Below, piece by piece: positions 38,306 to 53,904 of a DNA stretch of 64,000 bases. The number at the start of each line of letters is the position of its first letter. Position 1 is the stretch's first letter. The stretch is from Octopus sinensis. Its lineage: Eukaryota. The position numbers and the translations under genes are program-made. The notes under the pieces were generated by a model, which was not told the DNA's origin, searched no databases, and saw only the letters and a list, made by a program, of their open reading frames with translations. The stretch covers positions 104,718,001 to 104,782,000 of the forward strand of contig NC_043005.1 in the NCBI RefSeq assembly GCF_006345805.1, in the 5' to 3' direction.

Positions 38306-40387
38306 AACCTTAAGAGAGGAGACGAAACAAATCCTTATTTGGCTTGAATGGAAAGGAATGAGGTAAATTTGAAAGTAAGCCAAATGTCTGTCCCAATAAT
38401 GACCAAAAGGCTGAAATAATGGTTTTATAATCACTGCACACACATATTGTTCACTGAAATCGACATTCGGGACATAACATATGAGAGACATTCAAGTCAT
38501 TCTAAGAAACAAACCCCATTTCTTTCTTTCTTTCCTTTTTTTTTTTTTTTACTTTTTAATAATTATTTTGTTGAGGGATTAGCAACAATGGCCATAACCT
38601 TGGCAGATCTTCAAAAAACAAATGAAGATGTTTGCATCAAGCATGAAATTCAGGCGGTCAGTATTTGTGAAGGAATGTAGAAAGTTAGAAAATGATTTTC
38701 AAGGGTTTCAATAAAACCTGTGATGGAAAGACATGGTGAATTTATTTATTACAAAGTTTGATGGATTTTGGTGGATAAATGGGGCGACTGGTTTGAGTTT
38801 GTAAGTGGAAGGAACAGAAACTGTTTTATGAAGAGTAGAAATTAAAAGGCAGGACACACCGTTTTATATATTATAGTTTCAAATGTTTGAGTGGTGCTGG
38901 ATCTTCTGTGAGTCTTGTAGAGAAGCATTTAGGTGTTCAATGAACCGAATGCTCCTCTCTATGACTGAAATTTATGTGCAAAGCGTTGAATATTTGAAAC
39001 AGGTGTACTCTAAATGCAGTTCTCAGTCAGAATCTGTGTGACAAAATATGACAATGCTGGGCATTTTAATAAGAAATAGTGAAAGAAAAATCGACCCTAG
39101 GGGTAGACTTGTATTTTATTCATTGACTCTGTAATGATGAAAGCAAAGTTATCCTTCGTGAGTATTTGACTCAGAACAATGCGAGCTGGAATGAATAACA
39201 TATGGGAATCCTCTAATGATCTGCCATAGTGTCGTCTCTTAAAACTGTACAAATTTCTAGATGATAGTTACTTTGGTTTTGCTCAAGCTACGTACATTCT
39301 TGAGCAAGTAGGTAGTTTTATTTGAGGGAATATGCAAAAAAATACAACCAACATGAAAATACTGCAGCACACAATAAACGCCGTTACAAAGAAGTCAAAT
39401 GACAATTCTTGGAGATATGTTTGTACAAGTTGAGATGAAAATCATAGAAAACCGTCTAGACATTGTTTTTCGAAAATGACATGAATATTTCTTTTTCGAT
39501 ACATAAAATTTTCCAACACAGAAAGTGTTTCTGTTTTTCAGAAACAATTCGCATCAAGACCTACTAAACAAAACAGACATAAAATTCGAAGAACCCCTCA
39601 TCTCTATAGTCTACATAGCACAGCTTTACAAGGTACACCAACGTTTTTACCAATACTCATTCGTGTGAATCTCCATCTTTCCTAGTAAATAACTAATTGA
39701 TAAATAGTTTTCGATACAAAAAATCTTTTTGTAATTGATATGCAAATGCCACCGTCATTTACAATCGCCTAACCGCAGAAGCTTCCTCTCCAACGTAGAC
39801 TTAGCCAGTCTAGACATGTCGGCTTGCGAACAGCACAGATAAGCGTCGTCTTGTGGTGGCTCGAAAATGGCTGAATGGAGAAACAGATAGAAATACAAAA
39901 AGGCTATAATCATGTCTCCATGTTAGCTGAAAAGCTAACAAAATAAACTGTTAAGTAAAGACATTGCGATATTTAAGAAAGAATATCATTCCAGTTGTAA
40001 TTAATAAAGCATATTCGACAAAGATTCAATGCTATTAACTTTAAATATTGCTAAAGTATTTTCCTAAACTATTTGTTTTGTGTGAATAATATTTATGATA
40101 AAAACATAGTAATGATAAAAATAATTGCCAACTTTGACGTACATACATAGGTCGCTGTCAAAATAATCTTTCAGTAAATATGTTCCTGTTGCATTACTGG
40201 TATTTTGTTTTATATACGTTACCTTATTTAAAAGGGAAGAAGATAAAGTCAATATTGGTCCTAAGAACCTAAAGATAATCATATAAATATTGCGATGCAG
40301 GTTCTCCGCAACTTCTTAACTGAATAATGACAATGACGGCGACAATTATGGTAATAATACTGGTGATGATGATGATGGTGATGATGG

Positions 40388-40473
<86 letters not shown>

Positions 40474-40490
40474 GTAATAATAATAATAAT

Positions 40491-40649
40491 GTGCTGTTTA
40501 TCTTGATATGAGATCACCATGTCGCGCACATATGGTTGTGATGCATGTGCCTAGTGTACCCTTATCAGACGGGTAGTCATGATGGGTATACTGGGCTTCG
40601 TATATTTTACCCCAGTGTCACTATGATGGCATGCACTGCTCTCTCACTC
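40491..40649 (+). mobile_element. 5'-truncated copy of the ~555-bp AAT element
   Basis: Matches the last ~160 bp of 8367-8920; AAT on both sides. Confidence 0.9.
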
Positions 40650-40749
40650 AATAATAATAATAATGATAATAATGTTGATGAGAATGATGTTGTTAATAAT
40701 AACAATAATGTAAATGATTTCAGGAAATTTCGTGTGAGGATGTTAATCA

Positions 40750-40900
40750 ATCGATCGGTCCCAGTGTTCAGTTGGTACTTACTTTATTGACCCCGGGAGG
40801 ATGAGAATCAAAGTCATCTTTAGCGAATTTGAACTCAGAATGTAAAGAACCGGAAGAAATACAGTTGAGCTTTTTGTCCGACGCGTAAAGGATTCTGCTA
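40750..40900 (-). mobile_element. Degenerate tRNA-SINE
   Basis: GGTACTTACTTTATTGACCCC...GAATTTGAACTCAGAA. Confidence 0.6.
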
Positions 40901-41439
40901 GGAATAATTACTATGCCAAAAGGACAACAAGGGTACCAACAACAACAACAACGACAACAACGACAACAACATAATAGCCACATTAAAATTATCATAGGTT
41001 GTATTGAGGTTAAATTCATTGTCGTAGTTATAATCTCAATATTAAATTACGAATATGACATTAGCCAAAAGGGAGAGAGAGTAAAGAAAGAAAGCAATAA
41101 TTGTAATGTCGGCAATGATGATGATGAATTGAAAAAAAGAGGATGATGATGGTGATAGTGATGTTGCTGTGATGGTGATGGTGGCGATGAAAACGAATTT
41201 AATATAAAGGAAAATGAAAGAAGGCCAATCAATACCACTTGGTAGCTGTCAGCCAGCCATTTCGACAGTTCCAGGTAATTTGTCATATAGATTTCAAGAC
41301 TTTTACATCTACTCACTCCAATCACTCTATTCTGAAATATACTTGCATATAAAATATCTGCGTCTATATACATAGGTATACACATAAACACACACATATA
41401 GATACATACAAACGCACACAACTATACACACACATGTAC

Positions 41440-41471
<32 letters not shown>

Positions 41472-41730
41472 ACAGACATATATATTCGCACACACACATA
41501 TTTACACAGAGACATATAATGCTCCAATGTCTGATGACTATGAAAAAAAAATCAATTTTTACATAAGACACTCATTGAATACATTTTATATAAAATGTGT
41601 ATATCTGCTTCTTTTAAAAAAAAATATATTAACGACATTTTCTAGACTGATATTTAAAGTTGCTGTTATTGTTATTGTTGTTGTTGCTGTTATTATTGTT
41701 GTTCTTTTTGTTGTTGTTGTTGTTGTTGTT

Positions 41731-41918
41731 AAGGTAGTGAGCTAGCAGAATCATTAGCGCATCGGACAAAACTCTTATCTTTCTGAGTTCAAATAACGTC
41801 GAGGTCAACTTTGTCTTACACTCTTTTCGGATCGATAAAATAAAGTACTGTGGTCAATGCAATCGAATGTCCCCTTCCTGCAAATTTCAGGCCTTGTGCC
41901 TATATCAGTAACAAAACA
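41731..41918 (+). mobile_element. Degenerate tRNA-SINE
   Basis: GTGAGCTAGCAGAATCATTAGC...CTGAGTTCAAAT...AATTTCAGGCCTTGTGCCTA. Confidence 0.7.
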
Positions 41919-43353
41919 GAACAGTTATTAGTATTGTGCGTAAGTCGCTTCAGCTCTCGAAGGTTTCTAGGTTTTGTTGAAACTGCTTTGTTTACACTCA
42001 TATTAAAAAAAAATGTAGATAAAGATCCCCTTCGGGAAGATGGGAAATGCTAAATTGTACCCTTATGAAAGCGGTCTTTGTAATATTTCTTTCTTCTGTT
42101 TTTTTTTCTTGTTTGGAATTATGGTATCTGTAACGCCCGCAATCTGATTCGACGAGGAGGTAACAGGAAAATCTCATACCACTACCAGTTCCACGAGAAA
42201 GCATTCACACGAGAACAACATCAACAAAAACAACAGCAGCAATTAGTACAACAATAACGCCAACAATGAGTGAAATGGTTGCGACAAAAGTAAGGAGAAT
42301 GTTTTTAACAACATAAGCAACAATGACTCCACCAGCAGCAACAACAACAACAAGAACAACACCAATAACATAACAGCAACAGGGGCAGTAGCAAATTAAC
42401 AACAACAGCAGCAATAGCGACAGCAAAACCATCAGTAACAGGAGCTGCAAAAAGAACAATATCAACAACAAAAACAAGAATAACCACAACAAAACAGTGA
42501 TTGCAAGGTATGCTTGATATAGACGAGACAGCTTACAAAAGTGAATTGAAGGAGAGCACAAATTGACATCCAAGGCCAAGGTTTTGGCAACATCTGCTCG
42601 AAGAATGTGGGGTATCGCTTCATGTTAGATAACATTTATGTCCTGGACCGGCAACGTACAACTGTGTGGAAAGAGTTCCTAAAGAAATATGGACAGATAT
42701 AGACCCTGTTATTAAGATAAAGCACATCGGGAACACCGAGACTCTCTTCAAGAGCGAAGCCCTCGCACTGAAGCATTCCATAGTCCCCATGTGTCACAGG
42801 TAACCCATCCTCTTCCAAACACATTTAGCTAGAAGCGCCTGTGTCGTTAAGATCCTTTCTCTTTGGTTGGGCATCCGGTGGTTGCTAGCCTGTGTTGCCT
42901 TGGAGAACAGTGACATTCTCCTCTGAACGACTGACATGCTCCACTGGATGTGAGTACACGCTATTGATACACGTTCTCACCAGCCACTAGTGGAATGAAT
43001 TTCGTCTCCATCCGATATATTTTCTGTTTTTAAACATAGCATATATATAAGTGCTATCATCCTCGGACGAATACCGCATTAAATTTGTCATAATGTAAAT
43101 ATATTTAGCCTAAGTATATGAACATTGCTATTTTAATCAAATACTTCAAGTATATAAATATATGTGTGTGTGTGTGTGTGCGCACACACACGCACACGCA
43201 GAAGAAACCGGTGGTTATAGAAAATCTGTCTCATTTGAATCATGGAAGCATGGAAAATTAGACGTTCAAACGATGATAATAATTTAATATCTATATCATA
43301 TTGCTAATGCTGATTACATTTAAATAATGATAATAATAATAATAATAATAATA

Positions 43354-43465
<112 letters not shown>

Positions 43466-43608
43466 GATAAACAGAGTTTAAGGAAAGTGATGATGTTTGT
43501 CTCAGCAAGCATTGTGAATTTGGTGAGTTTGGTAAAGCTCATGCTTTGAAAAGTAGAGAACTGACTTCTTGGAATTTATTCTTTTTTCATCATCAAGACT
43601 TAGGCATT

Positions 43609-43830
43609 AGTGTCTCGAGTCCCAGAACTCAGGCCTGGTTACTCGATTTCCATGGCATATAAATGTCCGACTTCACATAATTTCCTTGGAATGGGATACC
43701 ATTTCAATGCATTTACAGCTGAGTGGATTGGAGCAGCACGAAATGTAAATACTTGCTCAAGAAAACAACAAACCACCCACTCCAGGAATTGAAACCACAC
43801 TCTTACAATTGTGAGTGTAACAACACCTTC
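43609..43830 (-). mobile_element. Old CORE-like SINE remnant
   Basis: TACTTGCTCAAGAAAACAAC...CCAGGAATTGAAACC resembles 13085-13145. Confidence 0.5.
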
Positions 43831-44399
43831 ATCTTCCTTTGCCTGAAAGAAAGAAACAGCATTTTTCAGATAGATTAATCACTACATTGAGCCTATAAGA
43901 AAGAAATGAATGTTCTCTCCTCTCTCCTCTCTCCTCTCTCCTCTCTCCTCTCTCCTCTCTCTCTCCTCTCTCCCTCCTCTCTCTCCTCTCTCTCCTCTCT
44001 CTCTCCCCTCTCTCATCTCTCTCTCTTCTCTCTCTCTTTCGCTCCTCTCTCTCTCCTCTCTCTCCTCTCTCTCCTCTTCCCTCCCAAGAAGGATCAATCT
44101 GAAAGTTGTATCCGCTGTTTCTCTCCTCCACAGTATAGGAACTTATTCACGCGCGCACATGCCCACGTTCCCACACACACACAAAAACAATCACACACAC
44201 AAACACACACACACACACGCACACACACACAAACAATCACACACATATACATTGGCAATGATTCTACAATATGTAAACAACTCCCAGACTATAAAAAAAC
44301 AGAAAATCACTAACATAACATCTAACGTATCGCAAGGGGATTAGCAAATTCTATGATATAGACATCCTTCTATCTGACAATATTCTCGTAATTTCTTAC

Positions 44400-45826
44400 A
44401 AAGAACTGAGAGTGCCAGCAATATATGCAGGTTGAACCCAGAAATCACAACTCAGCCAAAATATTTACATACAAAAGTCTCTCAGAAGAAGCAGAACTCT
44501 GGAAACGTAGTACAGACGTGGGTTGAGGACAAAAATCATGCAGTTTGGTATTGGAAAATTCCAAGCCCTGCACTACAAAATACAAAGCGGAATGAAATGC
44601 AGACAGGATACACCGCCGAGGAGGGATTGCAATCCCTGAATCAAAATCAGGACGCGACCTGGGATTTGATATGAATAATAATGAATCTTTACAGGCGTAT
44701 ATTACTGAGTTGGCAATAAATTGCTGGCGGCTGGCCAAATGGTTCCTTAGAATTGTCAGAACGAGAGAACAGGAAACCATAATGGTCCTCTGGAGGCAGA
44801 GCCGGATTAAAACGCATAGAGGTCCTATGTAAATGGTTCAAAATGTAAACAAAAGTAATTCAAAATATAAACGATAATAAACCATAAAATATTTTTTATC
44901 TATCAAAATGAAACAAAATTCACAATAAGATGGAAAATAATGTTGATTTTTGTATGCTTTCACTTTATTTATATTTGAAAAGTTTTCTCCTTTATTTTTT
45001 TATTGCAAAGTCTTCGATGATATTTTAAAAATTACTTTTACGTAAAACTTTTGCTTCTATACTTAGTAGGAATAAGGCATTAGGAATATTATTTTAGCAA
45101 GTTTAAAGTGATTTCTTTCGTGCCGTAAACCATTTTCATTTCTGTGGTGCCCCCGTCCCTTGATGCCCTAAGCCCCTGTTTTTTTGTTTTGTTTTGTTTT
45201 GTTTAATAGGTTTAATCCAGCGCTGTCTGGGGGATATTTGTCCTCAACTATTTAGATTACTGCTTTAAACTTTGGTCACTACATAGTGTAATATTAATGA
45301 CAGAAGTCATAGTAATCCAGCGAAGCTACAGAAAGTAGATCGTCTCAATGCGACATATTTGCAACTGGAAGAGGTTGAAAAAGCTCCAACTGCTTAGAAT
45401 GAAGGCAGCAAAGATATGCAGTGAGATAGAACTGCAAAATTCAGGAAAGTCTTGTACGTTGAGTGTTTCACAACCAATAGAAGGGGCGCCAATGTATAAT
45501 GCCAAAGATCTCAACTGTGCATTCAGGATACGGGACCAGATATTGCAATAGTTTGGGTTTCAAGGGCCTTCAGTATCGTCCCCCCAAAACTTTAGAGACA
45601 TACATGGGGCAGCTCTAAGTGTCTCCACAACAAAACTCGATCTCCTCCTGTCAAGAGTTCTGCGGTAGGAAATGCAGATGAGGGGCAGAAACATCAAACT
45701 CCCTCATTCACCAAATGCCACGTACGTCAGAGGTTTCAAGTAGTGAAAGTGAAGCAAAGCCAACGGTGGTACCCCAGCATGGCCGCAGCTCTTGAGCTAA
45801 AGCTAGTATCAAGAAAAAGAAAAAAT
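44400..45826 (+). mobile_element. CR1/L2-type LINE 3' remnant (RT thumb to 3' end), split by a MITE
   Basis: MQFGIGKFQALHY; RDLGFDM...CWRLAKWFLRIVRTREQETIMVLWR | IFVLNYLDYCFKLWS...IQRSY...WKRLKKLQL; A-rich 3' end. Confidence 0.85.
44797..45225. mobile_element. hAT-type MITE with 8-bp TSD
   Basis: TIRs CAGAGCCGGATTAA and (rc) CAGCGCTGGATTAA; TCTGGAGG 44789-44796 versus TCTGGGGG 45226-45233. Confidence 0.85.
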
Positions 45827-46173
45827 ACATTTCAATATTCACAGTGAATAATTTTGTGATGTATAAATGAGAAAAACTGAGTGAGAAAATTTCAGTTATG
45901 CAACGTAACCAATATGAAATACAGCATACTTTACAGGAATACGATGCTTACATTAATGTGAAATAAACTTGTGATTACACTCTAATATTTCAATGATACG
46001 ATATAATGCATTGTTGAACGCTATTTGTGGGTCTATATTTTGGTGGTACATGAAGAAATGTGGTGAGATTCATCTCTCTTTAAAGAAGATGAGTGACAAA
46101 ACATTCATACAAAATGCTCTCACCTGAAAAAAAGAATGATTGCCCCTATCACCATTGCACTATATATTCCTGA

Positions 46174-46204
<31 letters not shown>

Positions 46205-46207
<3 letters not shown>

Positions 46208-46328
46208 GTATGCGTTTTTAATGCTGCCATATGCACACATAATCAGCTATATTCGATATATACGTGAGATTTGCGTCTGTATATATGCGCATGTACAGCT
46301 GGAGGTGTGTGTATGTATGCATGTGTCA

Positions 46329-46371
<43 letters not shown>

Positions 46372-46435
46372 ATCTATCTATCTATCTATCTATTATCTAT
46401 CTATCTATACACACACATACACATACACACACACA

Positions 46436-46482
<47 letters not shown>

Positions 46483-46769
46483 CACACATATATATGTATA
46501 TAAATACATACATATATACATATGTTCATATCTATATAAAACCCGGCACACACATAAGTGAAATGACAAAGATAAAGAATTAGAAAAGAATTTAATATAG
46601 TCTGTAAATACATACACGCATGCACGCACCTCCCCCACACAAATGCACACGCACATATATATATATATATATATATCTAGACAGCCATATATACATTTAT
46701 TTATAATCAATATATCTACCTATCCACACACACATATATATATATCTATTTCTCTTCATCCCTATATAT

Positions 46770-46821
<52 letters not shown>

Positions 46822-46952
46822 ATATATATATACGTATGCGTTTTTAATGCTGCCATATGCACACATAATCAGCTATATTCGATATACGTGAGATTTGCGT
46901 CTGTATATATGCGCATGTACAGCTGGAGGTGTGTGTATGTATGCATGTGTCA

Positions 46953-47030
<78 letters not shown>

Positions 47031-47034
47031 ACAC

Positions 47035-47093
<59 letters not shown>

Positions 47094-47376
47094 CACACAC
47101 ATATATATGTATATAAATACATACATATATACATATGTTCATATCTATATAAAACCCGGCACACACATAAGTGGAAATGACAAAGATAAGAATTAGAAAA
47201 AATTTAATATAGTCTGTAAATACATACACGCATGCACGCACCTCCCCCACACAAATGCACACGCACATATATATATATATATATATATCTAGACAGCCAT
47301 ATATACATTTATTTATAATCAATATATCTACCTATCCACACACACACATATATATATATCTATTTCTCTTCATCCC
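46205..47376. repeat. ~620-bp tandem duplication bounded by (TA)n
   Basis: Units start TACGTATGCGTTTTTAATGCTGCC at 46205 and 46831, end TTCTCTTCATCCC at 46762 and 47376. Confidence 0.9.
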
Positions 47377-47466
<90 letters not shown>

Positions 47467-47913
47467 TATACATATATATGCATATATGTTTGTATATATA
47501 TATATATTATATATATATATATAATAATATATATATATATATATATGAAACAGTGAGAGGAGGAGAAGGTGTCTCCTTACGCAAAAGGAAAAGACGAAGG
47601 AAACACCTTATTTGGTCATTTTTGTTCCTGCATCAAAAATCTTGACACTTGACACTAGATAACCCCTTATCTTTTTTACTTCTTCTTTTGTTGTTTTTAC
47701 TGGGTTTGTTACTTTTTATTCTTTCATCACCATTGCATTATTTCTGGACAGTTCCCTCAAGGGACATCATCCTGGTGAACAAAAGAAATAAGGCAGCTAT
47801 CAATCCTCTTAGACTGTTTTAGCATTATTCCTACCACTTTACTCACACACACACATTAATACAGACACACACACACACATACACAGACACACATATATAA
47901 ATATGCATGCATG

Positions 47914-47970
<57 letters not shown>

Positions 47971-48142
47971 TTTATTTGTATGTATATATTGTACATATTG
48001 TATATATAGAGATGTATGTATGCCTATATATATGCATATATATATATCATATATTTGTATATATATAAGTATATATATAAACATATGTATATAATTGTTT
48101 ATATACATACATTTATATATATATATATATATATACATACAT

Positions 48143-48189
<47 letters not shown>

Positions 48190-48897
48190 ACATATATATG
48201 TATGCATATATATATATATATATATATACATACATTTATATATATATATATTATATATCAACAATAGACATAGACTTTTATACATACATATAAGTATACA
48301 ACGCATGTATGCTTTCAAATGTGTGTATGTGTGTATTTCTATGTATGTACGTATATGTATATATTTATATAAATATGTGTCTGTGTATGCATGTGTGTGT
48401 GGTTCTGTGTATGTGTGTAAGTATATATAAACACACATCCACTCGTACACATTCACATGTACATCAAGTGGCCTCGTTACGGGACTTCTAAATAATTACA
48501 AGTCGTGTCTTGGCCCCTAAGGTTACATAAATGAATAAATAAAAAGTTTAACAGCGAAATGATGTTAATAGATTAGTTTCAAATACGTTTCCCTTTTTTG
48601 TTTTTTTTTTCTCTTTCGTTTTTGCTGCTTCGAGTTGATGTGTTAATCCAGAGGAAAAACGATGATGATGTATGCATCATTTGGTCAAACTTAACTCTCT
48701 CAACCAGTCGCTCTGTCACCTTCATCTTTCGAAACAGATGCACATGGGATCTGAGACATCACTCTATATCCCTAATGCTACACTTCACAGATTATCAATT
48801 TACTATTATTATTGTTATTTTAGTAGTAGTAGTAGTAGTAGTGTTAGTAGTGGTAGTGGTTGATGTAGTAGTAGTAGCAGCAGCAGCAGCAGCAGTT

Positions 48898-48963
<66 letters not shown>

Positions 48964-49490
48964 TCACTATCATCACAGCTATCATTATTATTTTTACTTT
49001 TCACTACTACTAATACTACTGTTGCTATAACTACTACTAGTATTACTACTACTATTACAACTAGTACTACTACATTATGGTTAATTGTGTTAGTAGTTGT
49101 TGTATTACAGAACTACATCTAATTTTCTTATTATTATCAGTCTTTTTCTATTATTGTCATTCCATTTACTTTCGTTACACTTTTAATTATATTTTTCATT
49201 TACTCACCTTTATATTTAGATAAAATCCCATCGGTAGGACACTTTCTTCAGACTTGCTCTTCTCTCCATCTCACCCATATTTAATCTTAAATGGTGTTTT
49301 TACACAATGGCTTTTTCCTGTTATTTCCTTCTTGAGTGGGTCGGTCCATTGAGCAAGGACGGACAGAGTCTACTGCCGATTAAATAACTTATCGAACTTA
49401 GTCAAAAGAACCTATGATTCGATTTAGTTTAATGTTACTATAATTTCAAGAACTGTGCTATTCATTTGCTTTTATTCTCCAATAATCAGC

Positions 49491-49556
<66 letters not shown>

Positions 49557-49630
49557 AATGTATGTTATATACATACATACATACATACATACATACATAC
49601 ATACATACATACTACATATATATATATATA

Positions 49631-49788
49631 GCCGCAGGAGTGGCTGTGTGGTAAGTAGCTTGCTTGGTTCCGGGTTCATTCCTACAGCGTGTCACCTTTG
49701 GCAAGTGTCTTCTACTATAGCCTCGGGCCGACCAAAGCCTTGTAAGTGGATTTGATAGACGGAAACTGAAAGAAGCCCGTCGTATATA
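49631..49788 (+). mobile_element. CORE-like SINE 5' half
   Basis: GCAGGAGTGGCTGTGTGGTAAG...CCGGGTTCATTCC...TTTGGCAAGTGTCTTCTACTATAGCC. Confidence 0.85.
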
Positions 49789-50548
49789 AGTATATATGTG
49801 TGTGCGTGTGTGTGTGTGTGTGCATCAGTGTGTGTGTATCAATGTGTGTATAAATACCTACATGTCTCTATTCACATACACACATTTTCCTAATCTATTC
49901 ATTCCTTATGGAGTCATTAATATATGATATGTATTCAGAATATAGTCATTAGCATAATATATGTCGACAATATATGATGGGATATCAAGTGTTGACAGGC
50001 AAAATAATGCCATCGTGTCATATCAATGCTTATAATATGTTTTAGTACGTAGCAAGGAGAAGATAGAGGCACACTGAAGAACCAATCACACATGACCCAG
50101 CAAAATATTATGGTTATAACTGCAGCAGAGAGAGAGAGAGAGGGGGGGATAAAGAGGAGGAGAGATGCATTATCACAAGGTGGGTACTCATTTCAAGCCG
50201 AGATGATTAGATCAAAGAAAAGGGAATGCCTTGCTCGAAGACAACACACCACACTATTCTGACTTATTGAAGCTATGTAAACCGCCTAAATTTTCTTTGA
50301 GTATATGTAACTTATAAATGCACGGACAGAATTCCCCTAATTCAAGCAGAATAAGCATGATACAGGGTGTGTGATAAAGGATTTCTTCTCTAAATTAGAG
50401 GTACAATCCCCCCCCACGGGTTTCTGTACAGTTTTCGTGTTTACTCAATTATATTTAAAAGAAATTAAACTCTGCCTTATACGATGAGGATGGATACGGG
50501 TCATCGTGGTTCCAGAAGCGACCTTCTAAACTATTCGTCCATATAATA

Positions 50549-50597
<49 letters not shown>

Positions 50598-50772
50598 CTT
50601 TATTAACCACAAATGTTTACATTAAGAAAAACATTATGGACAGAACAGGACAAAATAAGAATGTGTGTGTGTGTGTGTGTGTGAATGTATGTTGTGAGGG
50701 TTTTGCGTGTTGTAAAGAAAAAGAATAAAATTAACAACAACAACAGCAACAATAATAATAATGATAATAATA

Positions 50773-50831
<59 letters not shown>

Positions 50832-50835
<4 letters not shown>

Positions 50836-51342
50836 CTTGATGCAGTACCAGGCAGTGGCTATCATAACTTCTGATCTTAACTGATTGGAAGTGTTATCAT
50901 GCACATTATTTTGTCTTGGTATAAAAGATGGCCTACAGTAAATATTCTGCTCAATACCACAGATTTGCTTGTCAGTTGTTTGACCTTAACCAGTTGAGCA
51001 TGTCCCTTAGTGGCTGACAATATGTGCATCTCTGATCATGAGCAGTAGTGGGGGAGCATCATAGCCATGTGTTGAGAGGGATTCTTTGGGGTTTGAATAA
51101 TTCACCTCTGGAAACATGGGTGTTTCGTTCAACATCCTTAGACTACCCTTATTCAGGGAACTTTTGAGCGGGATGAGTTACTCAACCAGAAGAAAATTCT
51201 AACTGGGCCCCGCCTACAAGGTCCTACGCTATTTATCTTGATATGAGATCACTATATCGCGCACATATGGTTGTGATGCCTGTACGTGGTGTACCCTTAT
51301 CAGATGAGTAGTCATTAAAGGTATATTGGGCTTTGTACATTT
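50832..51342 (+). mobile_element. Older copy of the ~555-bp AAT element, 3' end lost
   Basis: Same 5' start after (AAT)n; more diverged. Confidence 0.85.
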
Positions 51343-51379
51343 GTGCCCGCATCGCTTTGTGCCGCATGTGTTCCTCTCT

Positions 51380-51413
<34 letters not shown>

Positions 51414-53089
51414 CACTACCACTACTCTGGGCAAAATGTTGGGACAGAAATAATGTGTTTTTTTTTCAGCTCAGGGCTGCGGCCATGCTGATGCACCGCG
51501 TAAAGTTTGGTGAAAATCGGTTGAGAATTGTGGAAATGTATGCGATAGTTAAGCACTCAGAACGCATACCTATTAGTTTGAGTCATCCTACCGAAAACTC
51601 CTCTTTTTCTGTCTTTGTCTTTCTGTCGCTCCCTGCATTTACATGTCTGTGTGTAATTTTGTGTGTGTGTGTGTGTGTGTGTATTTGTGTGTATTTGTGT
51701 GTGTGCCCGTGTGTAGGTGTGTGTGTACCGATATTTATAGAGAGTCAAATAGCTACTGCAATTTTGAAAACCATAAAACATATATCGGAATGCAAGTCCT
51801 TCAAATATAGATAGCTACAATAATTCTTGTTTTGAGGTCTTTACAACATTTGGTTCGTTTGGGCGGGTCTTTTTCTTCACATCCTAGATATTTTTTTTCA
51901 ACATGAGCCTTCCATAGAATGATGTTGCAAAATGATGATGGGTTGACTGTTGTGGCAGGTGCATAAAGTAGACAGGCAGTTAATGAGATAGGTATGGTAA
52001 GCGTGTGGTAAAACAAAACTCAATAAGTAACTACCTAACTTAAGTGTCGTATTGCATAGATTTAAAGAACAGTATATATAGTAAGGGGGCTTAGACATAG
52101 TGATTGTAAAAAGAGGGGACAGTGAGTGAGAGAAGAATTCTTAGATATCGTAGTTACGAACCAGAAGAGAATGAATGAGCGAGGAGGCCTTATACATCGT
52201 AGTTATAAGGTAAGGGAGATCGAGTGAGTGACTGAAACTGAGAGACGGAGAGAGAGGGAGAGAGAAGGAGAAAGAGAGAGAGAGAATGAGAGAGAGAGAG
52301 AAGGAAAGAGAGAAAGGGAGAGGGGTGAGAGGTGGACAGACTACGAATCACAGAAAGAGAATATATCAGTTGGTGTGAAAGACTAAGATATAGAGAATAA
52401 TCAGAAGAGAGCAGGAGAGAAGATGGCTAACGTTGTCTGTTAGATCCTGTCACGTGACATATATGTGTGCTTTACTGTTCGTTTACTTACGTCTTTGGCT
52501 GATTATGTCCGAATAACCCTGTGTAATGTTGACACCGGAAATGTTGAGCGTCTTGGAGAAATTGGGAAATAGTTCTATGACCTTGCGTACTGTAGGATTT
52601 AGTGAGAGCAGGCTTAGAATCAAGGAAGCTTTTAGTTCTAAGACATGTCTTCTCACGTCTCTTAATCAACTTCTGAGCAACGCCATTTCATTTACTTATC
52701 CAGTCTTTTATCTGTCTACCTATCTGTCTTTCAGTCTATTTGTATATATACACAAGCACACATACACACCACGCACATACAAGTACGTATGTATGTATGT
52801 TTGCATGTATGTATGTATGTATGTATGTATGTATGCATGTATGTATGTATGTATGTATGTATGTATGTATGTATGTGTATGCATGTATATGTATATGTAT
52901 GTATATGTGTATGTCTCTCTCTCTCTAAATATATATATAGAGAGAGAAGAAAGAAAGAAAGAAAGAGAAAAGAGGGAGGGAGAGAGAGACTTCACATTTT
53001 CGATTATTCTATAAATCTATATATCCACGTATCTTTCTAGCAATCACTCAGTCTTTTCATCTATATATATCATTCTCTCAGTTATTCTG

Positions 53090-53167
<78 letters not shown>

Positions 53168-53277
53168 GGCTTGTATATTTAAGTCTAACTTTGCTTCTCC
53201 CATTTTGGCTCTTAGCCTATATGTTTCTACTGTTCTGTATATATGCACGATGTGCATGCATGCGTACCATATATGCG

Positions 53278-53329
<52 letters not shown>

Positions 53330-53460
53330 CATACACGCGTATATGTATGTATGCACACGCGCACATATATACTGATGTGTACATATGTACGTATGTTGGT
53401 ATACATATATATATAGATGTATATATAAAATGTATTATGTATGTATATATCTTTTACATG

Positions 53461-53516
<56 letters not shown>

Positions 53517-53836
53517 CTCTCTCTCTAGGCATGTTTGTGTATGTCCAATAATCACTAAATGCATAGACATAGAGTGCAGGCATGCCTCAGCATAAACATA
53601 CATCTGTCTCCGTAAAGAATAAGAGATAAACAAGCCAAAGATGAGGAAATCTCAAACCAAACGGGAGACTAATGTAACCATAACATTTACCGTTTCGATT
53701 TTCTTCTGGCGGACATTTTTGTTATACATACACATATACATACATGCACACATACATACATACAATATACATACATACACACAGCCATACATGCATGTTA
53801 AATGTATGTGTATTATATATATATATTAGATATATC

Positions 53837-53904
<68 letters not shown>

